Positions 46,828 to 59,049 of a DNA stretch of 64,000 bases are shown piece after piece. Where the stretch lies: contig JAPVWO010000059.1 in NCBI GenBank assembly GCA_027493375.1, positions 6,507 through 70,506 of the forward strand. The letters are read 5' to 3'. This DNA is from Candidatus Multivorans thiocomprendens. GTDB lineage: Bacteria; Acidobacteriota; Thermoanaerobaculia; Multivoradales; Multivoraceae. Each line of letters begins with the position of its first letter. Position 1 is the first letter of the stretch. The notes beneath the pieces are model-generated. The model saw nothing but the letters and a program-made list of their open reading frames with translations. It was not told the DNA's origin and ran no database searches. Both the position numbers and the translations under genes were made by a program.

Positions 46828-47026
46828 GGTCAACGGCCGCGAGCGGGAGCTGGCCGTGCCCGGGGCCGACGCCAGCGTGCTCGACCTGCTGGCGAGCCTC
46901 GATCAGCATCCGAAGACCGTGGCGGTCGAGGTGAACCGCGAACTCGTGCCGCGTGCACGGTTCGGCGACACCAGCCTCCAGGACGGCGACCGGGTGGAGA
47001 TCGTCCGTTTCGTCCAGGGCGGTTGA
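46805..47026 (+). CDS. thiS: ThiS/MoaD-like sulfur carrier protein (ends in GG)
   Basis: 73 aa, C-terminal ...VRFVQGG. Confidence 0.65.
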   Translation: MASLLRLEVNGRERELAVPGADASVLDLLASLDQHPKTVAVEVNRELVPRARFGDTSLQDGDRVEIVRFVQGG

Positions 47027-47097
47027 GTGGTTGATCGGGTATAGTCGCCCGTCGCTGCCGGCCGCCCGAGCGGCTCGACAGAGGCGGCGCGGAGGCT

Positions 47098-47173
47098 GGG
47101 CCGCTAGCTCAATTGGCAGAGCAACAGACTCTTAATCTGTGGGTTCTAGGTTCGATTCCTAGGCGGCTCACCA
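47098..47173 (+). tRNA. tRNA-Lys (anticodon CTT)
   Basis: GGGCCGCTAGCTCAATTGGCAGAGC...ACTCTTAATC...GGTTCGATTCC...GCGGCTCACCA. Confidence 0.9.
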
Positions 47174-47208
47174 CGCCTCGCCCGTGGCGGCCTTCGCGGC
47201 ACGATCAG

Positions 47209-47293
47209 GCGAAAGTGGCGGAACTGGTATACGCGCCAGACTTAGGATCTGGTCCCGAAAGGGTTGGGGGTTCGAGTCCCCCCTTTCGCACCA
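47209..47293 (+). tRNA. tRNA-Leu (anticodon TAG), long variable arm
   Basis: GCGAAAGTGGCGGAACTGGTATACGCG...GACTTAGGATC...variable arm...GGTTCGAGTCC...CTTTCGCACCA. Confidence 0.9.
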
Positions 47294-47653
47294 GCGGCGC
47301 GACCCGGTGGCGGACCGCTCCAGCACCCGTCCCCGGCCGGAAGTCGTCTGGACCAACAAGCCCCGCACCGCGGCGGCGGAAACGGCTCAGGGAGCCCACG
47401 ACCCGCTTGGTGACGGACGTTGCCAATGAAGCCCACCACTACCGAAGGCGGATCGTGGTTCCGTCGAGTTCTACCGTCAGCGTGTTCCAGCGAGGTGAAC
47501 GCTGTTGACGTTCGGCTTCCGACTCGGATCAGATTCAGGATCAGAATGCGCCCGGGACGTGAACGAGCTAGCGGGGGCAGAGACTGCGGGCCCCTTGCTC
47601 TTGCGATTCGGCGACCGCGGGTCCACGTTAGGGTCAGGAGGCAGGAAGACGAA

Positions 47654-48570
47654 ATGAGCACGACCGCCCGAATCTTGATGCTCGGTATGGCAGCGACGCT
47701 GTTCGCGGGGGTTGCGGCGGGGCAGCCCTACCCGGACAGCTTGGGTGAAGAGCTCGGAGACTGGCCCCTCTGGAGGGCGGCGTTGAAGTCCCTCGAGCCT
47801 GACGGCTCCATCGAGTGGTCGTTGCCGGATTTCGGGGAGATCGACCCCGTAGCGGCGATCTGGGCGCGGGAACGAATCGACCAGTTCAGGGAGAAGTTCG
47901 GTTCCGCGGAGTCGCAGGGACTGGAGGAACTCAGCTACCCGCCGGAGTCGTACTGCTATGTCCCTGACTACGAGACAGTTGTCGGGACGTATCCGGATCC
48001 GGGGGTCGCTTCTCTGGACGGGATCCTTCTGTTGTCTGAAGTGGCGGTCACGGCGACGGTGTCCGAGATCATCCCTGGGTTTCCGCCGCTCCGGGCCCGA
48101 TGGTGCTATTGGCGCTGTCGGACGGCATCCCACTCACTGAGCGGTCGCCGGTTCCAGACTACGTCCTCTTGCCTCTACGCAGAATGGTGATCGGGGGCAT
48201 CCCCTTTTGTCACAATCGCTTCCGGGGGGCCGACTACGAGCCGGAGCTTGGCGACCGGGTTGTCGTGATCGGGTCTTGGCGGAACGGTATCGTTCCGCTC
48301 GGAAGACTGGCTTTCCGTGACGGTCCGAGGAAGGGGACCGGCACCATCGGTGAACTGACGGCCTACATGGGTCGGCTGGAATCCCGCGGCCTTCTTGAGG
48401 CCACGGCACATGTGGCCCGGCAGTTCGGGGGTTCCGAGGAGCGTCTCAAGCTCGAGCGGGCGTTCCGATCGTTGGAGCCGGCCCGTGCGGATTGTCCCAT
48501 CGACGGCCTTTCCGTCTCCTCCGAAGGCGTTTGGAAGCTCAGCCTCGACTGTTCCGAAGCAGAGCGTTGA
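47654..48570 (+). pseudogene. Secreted hypothetical protein (signal peptide MSTTARILMLGMAATLFAGVAAGQ), frame change near 48100
   Basis: Two overlapping ORFs (47654-48190 and 48100-48570) in different frames with a continuous-looking sequence. Confidence 0.4.
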
Positions 48571-49980
48571 GCCGGTACAGGCCGCGGCGGCACTCGCCGT
48601 GCTGGCCGCTCTCCTGATGCCCCCTCTGCTGGAAGCGCAGACCGGCTGCACCCATGCGTCGCTGACGCAGACGAAGGCCTGGTCTCCGACGCCGAACCGG
48701 ATCGCCATCGACATATCGACCAGTGACACGAGCCTGCCGGGTCCGCGACCGAAGAACATCCGCGACGCGGTGAACGACTGGACCTCCACGACAGCGTGCG
48801 CGGGTTCTTTGCCGGAGATGACGGCGTGGGACAAGAGCATGCGCCCTCTCAGGGGCGACGTCGAGAGGTGGGTCGTCAAGGTCGGCACGTACGAGAGGCT
48901 TGATCAAGAGGAAAGTTCCACGGTCCATCGAGCAGCAAAGGAAGATGACATTTGCGCGAGTGTTCTTCACAGCACGAAGAGGATCTACATCTACACGAAC
49001 GCCGAGCCGCCGGCTGGCCGGTCTTGCAGCTCCTACCGTGGGCGTCTCGCGCACGAGATAGGCCACTTGCGCCGGACCTGCCCGGGGCGCCGATGCTGGC
49101 CGGCCGGGTCAACGTCACGAATCACATTCTGACGTGGACGGCGCCGAGCAGCGGCATCACTCGCTACCAGTTGCAGTCGAAGGACCCGGCCCGCGGCGGC
49201 TGGCACTTTCCGTCGGGCGGCTCGGCGACGCCGTCCAGTCTGAGCGCCACGACGCTGACCTGGAGCATCGTGACGCCGGCTTCGCTGGTTCGGCACTACC
49301 GTGTGCGGGCGACCGACGACGACGGCGACGGTCCCTGGTCGGGCGTTGTCGCGCTGACGTCCGCCGGTCCGCCGGCGCGGGTGTCCACTACCGGCGGCGT
49401 GTCGAACCGGACCCAGACGGTGCGGTGGTCGGCGCCCCGGTCCGATAGTGCGATCACGAAGTACCAGTTGCAGACCAGGAGCGGCGCCACGAGTTCCTGG
49501 AGATGGCCGGGCTCGGGCTCGCCGACGGCGTCGAACATTCCTTCGACGGTGAGGTCGTGGAGCGTCACGACCGCGGCGGGAGCGACCCGGCACTACCGTG
49601 TCCGCGCGGTCAGTGCGCTCGGCGACGGGGCCTGGTCTTCCCATGTCGCGCTCACCTCCGCCTCGCCGCCACCGCCGCCGCCGCCGCCGCTGTCGGCGCC
49701 GGACATCCCGAACTTCAGCAACCTTCCGTCGGGAGGAAGGGTGAACACGCCCTTCCCGGCCGCGACGGGAGGCAGGCCTCTTCCGACTCAGGTCAGATCT
49801 CACCTGCACGAAGACGAGTCCTTCGCTTCGGGCGCAGTTCATCGCACACGCTCCGCTCAAGGGAGAACGATGTCAGGTCGAGACGATGGCGATTGTGGGC
49901 TGAGCAGGAGCACGCGCATCCTGATGCTCGGTATGGCGGCGACGCTGCTGGCGGGGTCAGTAGTGGAAGCTCAGATCTGA
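48545..49980 (+). pseudogene. Unit A: truncated metzincin-like protease (HEIGH) joined out of frame to two FN3 domains, ending in a second signal-peptide remnant
   Basis: ...RGRLAHEIGHLRR followed by a frame switch at the repeat junction (about 49072); the FN3 hallmarks W...Y...RVRA occur twice; a terminal STRILMLGMAATLLAG precedes a stop. Confidence 0.45.
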
Positions 49981-50213
49981 CTGTCCAGACGCCTAAGGGG
50001 CTGTGGCTGACGAGCCGGTCTCGGGCTCGAAGAACTGGTTGCTGAAACTGTCGAGAACAACCTCCGGGAGATGGCGCTTGAGTATCGCTTGCAGCGGGAC
50101 CACTCGGACGAACGATCAAGGTTCGGCTATGACGTCGCGACGCAGAGAGATACCGACGGTTGCGCTCGGCTGCGAGCCACGAACGTAGCAGGTGCGTGGG
50201 TACTGACGCTAGC

Positions 50214-52540
50214 TGCGAAGAACTACCAGCTCGCTGATGCATAGGCCACTGGCCGTTGCGGCCGCCACGTTCTGCTTGCGGCGGGAGCGGCGGCCCAGGA
50301 ATCGACTTGCACGGTTGGAAGTCTGACCGCGCTCACGGAAGCCTTCGGGAACACTCCGAAGAGCATCGCCTTTGACGTCACGACGGACACGACCGGCGTC
50401 AACATTCAAGAGGCCAACGAGGCACTCGGGGACTGGAAGAACTGCGCCGATGACTCGTCCAGGCGTATGCCGACACTGAACCTGAGTGACGGGTCGAGCA
50501 AGATCTATGGAACCGACCCGCCGCAGAGCCTGCCCGAAGGCACCGAAGTCTGGGTTTGGAGGTACGGCCGGAAGGCTGAAGCCGGGCTTACCCCGACAGA
50601 CGACGAGTGAACTCCTGCGGGATGACCAAGTTCTCCAAGAGCCAGAACCTCCGAGAAGTCTGGGTCTTCAGTGATGCTGGAGCGTTCTGCCGAGCCAACG
50701 AAACGAGGCGCCACGAGATGGGGCACCCGCTTCGATTGGGCAATACCACTTCGGCGGCCTGCCGAGATATCAAGTCGATCATGTATGTGGGCGACGAGAG
50801 GAGGCTTCCACGAGGGTGGGCCGTTCAGGGCGCTGACTGCGACTCTGCCGAGAGGGAGTTCGAGATCGACAACCCCCTGGATTGCGATGGCGATGACTCG
50901 GACCACCCAGACTGCCAGGACGACTGTACCGGCGACGGAGAGGAGTCGGGCAGCAGTTCGATCTTCGATGTGGACGAGAACGGCATGCTGGTGTTCGTCG
51001 GCAACCGGTCGAGCACCTCGAGTACCTGCCCGGCACCCGCAAACCCATGTGAGGAGAACCCGGACCTGCCGACGTGCGGCGACGCTTGCGACCTCGACCC
51101 GGACCTTCCGCAGTGCCAGCCGGACTGCGAGGCGAAACCGAGCGCCGAGGGGTGTCCCGTGGACTGCTCGCGTCAGCCGAGCCATCCGGACTGCGACTGC
51201 TCGGTGAACCCGGACATTCCTTGTCCGATCGTGGAGACCTGCGACGGCCTCTGGAACGACCTGAACGGCAACGGGCGGATCGACGATGGCGAGGTGCATC
51301 CCGAACGCGTACTCACCGATCCCCGACGGAGGGGGCAGGCGAACCGGCCGGGTCAGTTTGTCGATGACGAGTTCCAGCGGCGCCGCGTACTGGCTGACGC
51401 TGGCGAAGCGTTCAAGCGTGACGGTGACGCTGAGCGCGCTGAGCCGGGACTTCGATTGTCACGTGGTTCCGGCCGGTGGAACGGTCCGGCCCGGTACTCC
51501 GCCTCCCGACGCCGCCGAGGATGGCGCGGCGAAACCCGAGTCGGCGCCATCTGTGTTCCCGTGCTCGGCCAACGCGGGGACTCGGGGCGATTCGTGGACC
51601 GGCGTCCTGGACGCCGGGACTCACGCGATCCAGGTCTGGCCTTTCGGGAGCGGCGCGGGCGACTTCACGGTGACCGTCTCGCTCACGGAGCTTGAGGACG
51701 GCGCTACGCCCGCCGGCCCCGCGGCGCCCGCGGACCCCGTTCGGACGTTGCCGTTCACGGACTCCGGAACGGTGGCGGCCGGCGCGGGAGAGCAGTCGTA
51801 CACGTTCAAGATCCCGTCGGCCGGCGCGGTGAAGGCGGCGCTCACGAACCTGACGACTGACATCGACTGCTTCGTGACGGTCGGCGCGATCAAGAAGCGA
51901 TGCACGAACCACGCCTCCACCAGGGACGATTCGTGGAGTGGAAGTCTGGACGCGGGCGTTTACTCGCTCCAGGTCTACGCCTGGCGGAAGGACGCCGGCT
52001 CGTACACGGTGAGCGTCGATGGTCCGTCGATTGCGCCTCCCGCGCCTCCGGCAGCGCCGGCGCCTCCGAGGACGACCCCTGACCCTGATCCTGAACCGGA
52101 CCCGGATCCCGAGCCAGAATCTGAGCCGGAGCCGGACCTGCCCGGGGCGCCGACGCTGTCCGGCCGGGTCAACGTCACGAATCACATCCTGACCTGGGCG
52201 GCGCCGACCAGCGGCAGCGGCATCACTCGCTACCAGTTGCAGTCGAAGGACCCGCTCCGCGGCGGCTGGCACTTTCCGTCGGGCGGCTCGGGGACGTCTT
52301 CCAGTCTGAGCGCCACGACGCCGACCTGGAACATCGTGACGCCGGCTTCGCTGGTTCGGCACTACCGTGTGCGGGCGACCAACGACGACGGCGACGGTCC
52401 CTGGTCGGGCGTTGTCGCGCTCACCTCCGCCTCGCCGCCACCGCCGCCGCTGTCGGCGCCGGACATCCCGAACTTCAGCAACCTTCCGTCGGGAGGAAGG
52501 GTGAACACGCCCTTCCCGGCCGCGACGGGAGGCAGGCCTG
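50214..52540 (+). pseudogene. Unit B: secreted metzincin-family zinc metalloprotease module (HEMGHPLRLGN, Met-turn SIMY) with a Cys/Asp-rich EF-hand/dockerin-like region, two PPC domains and one FN3; multiple frame changes (about 50600 and about 51300)
   Basis: HExxHxxGxxN plus IMY; DLNGNGRIDDGE; PPC motifs RDFDCHVV / TDIDCFVT ... DSW.G.LDAG.Y.LQV; FN3 ITRYQLQSK...HYRVRATNDDGDGPWS. Confidence 0.5.
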
Positions 52541-52550
52541 GGATGTCGGC

Positions 52551-53876
52551 GTGTGCCGCCAGGAGTTCGAGATCGAGGTGCCCGCTTCCGAGGTGGACGC
52601 GGAGTACCTCCGGGTCGCCAGGGACTACCGTCGACGCGCGCGCATCGACGGCTTCCGCAAGGGGAAGGCGCCGCTCGACCTGGTGCGCCAGCGGTTCGCG
52701 GGCGCGATCGGCGAGGACGTCTCGGAGCGTCTGGCGCCGAAGTACTGGCAACGGGCGAGCGAAGAGGACGGCGTGCATGCCATGCTGCCGCCGAGCGTGG
52801 CGCCGGTACAGGCCGCTCCGGGCCAGCCGTTTCGCTTTACCGTGACCGTCGACGTCGAGCCCGAGGTCGAGATCGGGAACAGTCGGAGCTTCGAGCTGCC
52901 CCAGCCCGAGACGGAACCCAGTGAGGCCGAGGTCGACGAACTCCTGGAGCAGGTACGGCTCCAGCGTTCGACCTGGGTGCCGGTCGAGCGGGCCGCGGCT
53001 CGCGGCGACCGGGTGCGGGGCAGGATCCACCGCTCCGCGATGCCCGGCTACGCTCCGGAAGCGGCCGCCGAAGACGATCAGGATCGTGACCAGGACGATC
53101 GGGGTCCGGCGACGCACGAGATCGATCTCGAACTCGGAGATGAGCGCGCATGGCCCGAGCTCACGGACAACCTGACCGGCCTGTCGGCGGGCCAGAGGGC
53201 GGACTTCGAGCGCACCGAGACGGACGAGGACGTCGAGCGGCAACGCGGCTACGAGATCGAGGTCGAGGAGGTTCTGGAGCGCAAGCTGCCGGACGTGGAC
53301 GACGCCTGGGCGAGCAGTCTCGCCGCCACGATCGAGACCGTCGACGATCTGCGCCGGCAACTCGGCGAGCAGGTGCGGGCGCAGAAGACCGAGCAGGCCG
53401 GCCAGCAGCGCACCGACGCGCTGCTCGACCAGTTGAGGGAGCGCTATCCGGTCACTCTGCCCGAGGCGGTCGTGGAGCGCGAGGCGCTCCAGATGGCCCG
53501 GTCCTACGCGAACAACCTGGCTCGCCAGGGGTTCGACCTCGAGCGCCAGCAGTTGCCCTGGGAGCAGTTGATGGAGGAGATCCGGCCGCAGGCGGAGAAG
53601 CGGGCGCATTCCTCGTTCCTGCTCGACCGGATCGCCCGCGACGACGGCGTCGAGGCAACGGCGCAGGACCTGGAGCGGGCGCTGGAGATCATGGCCCGGG
53701 CCCGCAACACGAACCGCGGCCGCCTGCGCCGCGAGCTCGAGCGGGACGGCGGCCTGGAGATGTTGAGAGTCGAACTCAGGCGGGATCGGACGGTGCAGGC
53801 TCTTCTGGCGGCCAACGCGCCGCCCGAGGAACCGCGCGCCCCGGCGGACGAGCCCGCCGCGGAAGGAGAGGACTAG
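52551..53876 (+). CDS. tig: Trigger factor
   Basis: RIDGFRKGKAPLDLVRQRF signature; 441 aa with GTG start. Confidence 0.9.
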   Translation: MCRQEFEIEVPASEVDAEYLRVARDYRRRARIDGFRKGKAPLDLVRQRFAGAIGEDVSERLAPKYWQRASEEDGVHAMLPPSVAPVQAAPGQPFRFTVTVDVEPEVEIGNSRSFELPQPETEPSEAEVDELLEQVRLQRSTWVPVERAAARGDRVRGRIHRSAMPGYAPEAAAEDDQDRDQDDRGPATHEIDLELGDERAWPELTDNLTGLSAGQRADFERTETDEDVERQRGYEIEVEEVLERKLPDVDDAWASSLAATIETVDDLRRQLGEQVRAQKTEQAGQQRTDALLDQLRERYPVTLPEAVVEREALQMARSYANNLARQGFDLERQQLPWEQLMEEIRPQAEKRAHSSFLLDRIARDDGVEATAQDLERALEIMARARNTNRGRLRRELERDGGLEMLRVELRRDRTVQALLAANAPPEEPRAPADEPAAEGED

Positions 53877-53880
53877 AGCG

Positions 53881-53934
53881 ATGCTGGTACCAATGGTGGC
53901 CGGGCAGCTGAACCTCGCGGAAGGAGACGGCTAG
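53881..53934 (+). CDS. Putative 17-codon upstream ORF in a duplicated clpP initiation region
   Basis: ATGCTGGTACCAATGGTGG duplicates the clpP start; the ORF ends AEGDG* immediately before the clpP Shine-Dalgarno/ATG. Confidence 0.25.
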   Translation: MLVPMVAGQLNLAEGDG

Positions 53935-53937
53935 ACA

Positions 53938-54528
53938 ATGCTGGTACCCATGGTGGTCGAGCAGACCAATCGGGGCGAACGGGCCTATGACATCTACTCG
54001 CGGCTGCTCAAGGACAACATCGTGTTCCTGGGCCGGGCGATCGACGACGAAGTGGCGAACCTGGTCATCGCGCAGATGCTCTTCCTCGAGTCCGAGAACC
54101 CGGAGAAGGACATCTCGCTCTACATCAACTCGCCGGGAGGTTCGGTGACCGCCGGTTTCGCGATCTACGACACGATGCAGCACGTCAAGCCGGACGTCTC
54201 CACCCTCTGCGTCGGCCAGGCGGCGTCCTTCGCCGCGGTCCTGCTCGCGGGCGGCGCCAAGGAGAAGCGGATGGTGCTGCCCAACGCCCGCGTGCTGATT
54301 CACCAGCCCTGGGTGCAGAGCCTGGGCGGCCAGCAGACGGACATCGACATCCACGCTCAGGACCTGCTGCGGATGCGCGGCCGAATCGACGAACTGCTGG
54401 CGTTGCACACCGGAAAGTCGACGAAAGAGGTGCACGCCGACACCGAGCGGGACAAGATCCTCACCGCCGAAATGGCGGTCGAGTACGGGCTTGCGGACCG
54501 CGTCGTCGAGCGCCGCGGAGCCTCCTAG
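53938..54528 (+). CDS. clpP: ATP-dependent Clp protease proteolytic subunit
   Basis: [12 protein letters not shown]...catalytic Ser/His/Asp context; 196 aa. Confidence 0.95.
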   Translation: MLVPMVVEQTNRGERAYDIYSRLLKDNIVFLGRAIDDEVANLVIAQMLFLESENPEKDISLYINSPGGSVTAGFAIYDTMQHVKPDVSTLCVGQAASFAAVLLAGGAKEKRMVLPNARVLIHQPWVQSLGGQQTDIDIHAQDLLRMRGRIDELLALHTGKSTKEVHADTERDKILTAEMAVEYGLADRVVERRGAS

Positions 54529-54660
54529 CGGAGTCCAGACGGAGCTTCGGCGGCGGGCTCCGGAGTCCTGGCCGTGCTAGCATCCGACTTTGCGCACGGC
54601 CTCTGGAGTGCGTGCGAACGGGCCGAACGAGACGCGAGAAACGAGCCGGAACGACCAATC

Positions 54661-55896
<1,236 letters not shown>

Positions 55897-55898
55897 CG

Positions 55899-58367
55899 AT
55901 GGCCTCGGGATACGTTTCGACCTCGAGCGACCGGCTGCCCGTCGTGCCGCTGCGGGACATGGTGGTCTTCCCGCAGATGATGGCGCCGTTCATCGTCGGC
56001 CGCCGCGGTTCCGTGCTGGCGCTGGAACAGACGCTGCGCACGGCCGGCAAGCTGATCTTCCTGGTCGCCCAGCGGGATCCGAAGGTCGACGACCCGGGGA
56101 TCGACGACATCCACCGGATCGGCGTCGTCGCCCGGGTGGTGCAGAACGTCAAGCTGCCGAACGGCAACGTGAAGGTGATGGTCGAGGGACTGCGACGGGC
56201 CGAGTTGCGGACGCTCGAGGAGATCGACGGCGCCTTCGAAGCGGAGGTCGAGGTCTACGAGATCGACTACCCGGCCGACGACAAGGTCCAGGTCTACATG
56301 AGCCGCCTGCTCAACAGCTTCGAGCAGTACGCGAAGATGTCTCACCATCTGGCCTTCGAGAGCCTGATGTCGACGCTGAAGCTCGACGATCCCGACCGCT
56401 TCGCCGACGCCCTGGCCGCTCACCTGACCGTGTCGACGGCCGAGAAGCAGACGCTGCTCGAGACCCTGAATCCGTACGAACGCCTGCAGGCCGTGCACGA
56501 CCTGCTCGATGTCGAGGTCGAGAAGATCAACATCGACAAGCGGATCAACGTGCAGGTCAAGAAGCAGATGGAGAAGGCTCAGAAGGAGTACTACCTCAAC
56601 GAGAAGATCAAGGCGATTCACCACGAGCTCGGGCGCAAGGACGAGCGCGGCGACGAGATCGCCGAGCTGAAGGAGAAGATCGAGAAGTCGGGCGCCCCGA
56701 AGCTGGTACGCGAGAAGGCGGAGCAGGAGTTGCGGCGGCTGGAGGCGATGCCGCCGGTGTCGGCCGAGGCGACCGTGTCGCGGAACTACGTCGACTGGCT
56801 GGTGTCGGTGCCGTGGAAGAAGCGCAGCCGCGAGCTGAAGGACCTGAAGAAGGCGGCGCGGATCCTGGACGAGGGGCACTACGGTCTGGAGAAGGTCAAG
56901 GAGCGAGTACTCGAGTTCCTGGCCGTCCGCCAGCTCACCCACAAGAACCAGAACTCGATCATCTGCTTCGTCGGTCCTCCGGGCGTCGGAAAGTCCTCGC
57001 TGGCCAAGTCGATCGCCGCCGCCACCGGCCGCAAGTTCGTGCGCCTGTCTCTCGGCGGCGTTCGCGACGAGGCCGAGATCCGCGGACACCGGCGCACCTA
57101 CATCGGCGCGTTTCCCGGCCAGATCATCCAGATGATGAAGCGCGCGGGCACGGTCAACCCGGTCTTCCTCCTAGACGAGGTCGACAAGATGTCGATGGAC
57201 TTCCGCGGCGACCCGTCGTCCGCGCTGCTCGAGGTGCTCGATCCGGAGCAGAACGACACCTTCGTCGATCACTACTTGGACATCGAGTACGACCTCTCCA
57301 AGGTCATGTTCATCGCCACCGCGAACGTCGAGCACCCGATTCCGCCGGCGCTCAAGGACCGGATGGAGATCATCCAGCTCGCCGGGTACACGCCGAACGA
57401 GAAACTGGAGATCGCGCGCCAGTTCCTCGTGCCGAGGCAACTGGACAGCCACGGTCTGACCGAGGACGCGATCCGCTTCGGCGAAGACAGCCTCGGTCAC
57501 CTGATGGACTCCTACACGCGCGAGGCGGGCGTCCGCAACCTCGAGCGCGAGATCGCGGCGGTCTGCCGCAAGCTGGCCCGCCGGCTGGTCGAAGAGGGCC
57601 GCGCGAAGAAGCTGAAGGCCCTTGCGAAGGCCAAGGGCGGTGCGAAGGCCGAGAGTGGCGAGAGTGCGATCGCGGTCGACCGGGAACTCGTCGGCGAGCT
57701 CCTCGGCAAGCCGAAGTTCCGGCCCTACAAGAAGCTCGACGAGTCCGAGGTCGGCGTCGCCACCGGTCTGGCCTGGACCCAGGCGGGCGGCGAGCTGTTG
57801 CAGAGCGAAGTCGGCCTGATGAAGGGCAGCGGCAAACTGATCCTCACCGGCAAGCTGGGCGACGTGATGAAGGAGTCGGCGCGAGCGGCGATGTCCTACC
57901 TGCGCAGCCGCGCCGACGGATTCGGCCTGGAGCCCGGCTTCCATGCCGACCAGGACCTCCACATTCACGTGCCCGAGGGCGCCATCCCCAAGGACGGGCC
58001 GTCCGCGGGCATCACGATGGCGTCGGCGCTCATCTCTTCCCTTCTGCGGGTACCGGTGCGCGGCGACGTGGCGATGACCGGCGAGATCACGCTGCGCGGG
58101 AAGGTGCTGCCCGTGGGCGGTATCAAGGACAAGGTGCTGGCCGCCTACCGCGCGGGGATCTTCGAGATCCTGCTGCCGAAGGAGAACGACAAGGACCTGG
58201 AAGAGGTGCCTGAGGAAGTCCGCGACAAGATGAAGTTCCACCTCGTGGAGTCGATGGACGAGGTCCTGGAGATCGTCTTCGACGGAGTCGTGCAGAGGGC
58301 GCCGGAGGTCGCGGCGGAGTTCCAGAAGCCCGCCTCCGAGGCGCCGCCCGCGAACGTGGCTCACTGA
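55899..58367 (+). CDS. lon: ATP-dependent protease Lon
   Basis: LON N-terminal domain, GPPGVGKSS, catalytic [15 protein letters not shown]. Confidence 0.95.
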   Translation: MASGYVSTSSDRLPVVPLRDMVVFPQMMAPFIVGRRGSVLALEQTLRTAGKLIFLVAQRDPKVDDPGIDDIHRIGVVARVVQNVKLPNGNVKVMVEGLRRAELRTLEEIDGAFEAEVEVYEIDYPADDKVQVYMSRLLNSFEQYAKMSHHLAFESLMSTLKLDDPDRFADALAAHLTVSTAEKQTLLETLNPYERLQAVHDLLDVEVEKINIDKRINVQVKKQMEKAQKEYYLNEKIKAIHHELGRKDERGDEIAELKEKIEKSGAPKLVREKAEQELRRLEAMPPVSAEATVSRNYVDWLVSVPWKKRSRELKDLKKAARILDEGHYGLEKVKERVLEFLAVRQLTHKNQNSIICFVGPPGVGKSSLAKSIAAATGRKFVRLSLGGVRDEAEIRGHRRTYIGAFPGQIIQMMKRAGTVNPVFLLDEVDKMSMDFRGDPSSALLEVLDPEQNDTFVDHYLDIEYDLSKVMFIATANVEHPIPPALKDRMEIIQLAGYTPNEKLEIARQFLVPRQLDSHGLTEDAIRFGEDSLGHLMDSYTREAGVRNLEREIAAVCRKLARRLVEEGRAKKLKALAKAKGGAKAESGESAIAVDRELVGELLGKPKFRPYKKLDESEVGVATGLAWTQAGGELLQSEVGLMKGSGKLILTGKLGDVMKESARAAMSYLRSRADGFGLEPGFHADQDLHIHVPEGAIPKDGPSAGITMASALISSLLRVPVRGDVAMTGEITLRGKVLPVGGIKDKVLAAYRAGIFEILLPKENDKDLEEVPEEVRDKMKFHLVESMDEVLEIVFDGVVQRAPEVAAEFQKPASEAPPANVAH

Positions 58368-58419
58368 AACCGCGAACGTGGCCCACTGAAGAGGCCCACT
58401 CAGGAGGTCGAGCGGGACC

Positions 58420-58998
58420 TTGAAGGTCCGTGACGCCCGCTTCGTGGTTTCCGCCGTTCGGGCGGCCGATCTGCCAAGGGACGGCCGGCGGCAGATCGCC
58501 TTCGCCGGTCGCTCGAACGTTGGCAAGTCGAGCCTGATCAACCGGCTGCTGGGCCGCAAGGACCTTGCCCGCACGAGTTCCAGGCCGGGGCGGACCCGGA
58601 GCGTCAACTTCTTCCTGATCGACGACTCCTGGTACGTCGTGGACCTGCCCGGTTACGGCTATGCGCGGGTTTCGAAGAGCGAACGGGAGGCCTGGGGTCG
58701 GAGCGTCGACCGGTACTTCCGTTCGGCTGCCGGACGGGTCCGCGTCGTGCTGCTCGTCGATGGTAAGGTCGCGGGCACGCCGCTCGACTCCGAAGCATAC
58801 GGTTACCTCAAGAGTCTGGGACTCGAACCCGTCGTGGTGGTGACCAAGATCGACCGCGTGAAACGGGGGGCTCGAGCCGGGACCCTTGCCAAGGTTGCAG
58901 AGCTGCTGGGAATGCCGTCCGCGGCTGAGCTGTTTCCCGTGTCGTCTCGAACCGGCGAAGGAGTCTCGCGGCTGTTTGCGGAGTTGCTCGGCCCTTGA
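58420..58998 (+). CDS. engB: Ribosome biogenesis GTPase YihA/EngB
   Basis: GRSNVGKSSLIN...DLPGYGY; located between lon and rho. Confidence 0.85.
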   Translation: MKVRDARFVVSAVRAADLPRDGRRQIAFAGRSNVGKSSLINRLLGRKDLARTSSRPGRTRSVNFFLIDDSWYVVDLPGYGYARVSKSEREAWGRSVDRYFRSAAGRVRVVLLVDGKVAGTPLDSEAYGYLKSLGLEPVVVVTKIDRVKRGARAGTLAKVAELLGMPSAAELFPVSSRTGEGVSRLFAELLGP

Positions 58999-59049
58999 CG
59001 CTCGGATCTCGAATACCGGGGGCGCGTCTCTCGGCGAGGATGAAGAAAG

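Noticed and set aside
52537-52560. Possibility that the FN3 repeat insertion truncated the tig N-terminus
   Set aside because: A GTG start at 52551 yields a full-length 441-aa trigger factor with the GFRKGK motif at the expected distance, so tig appears intact.
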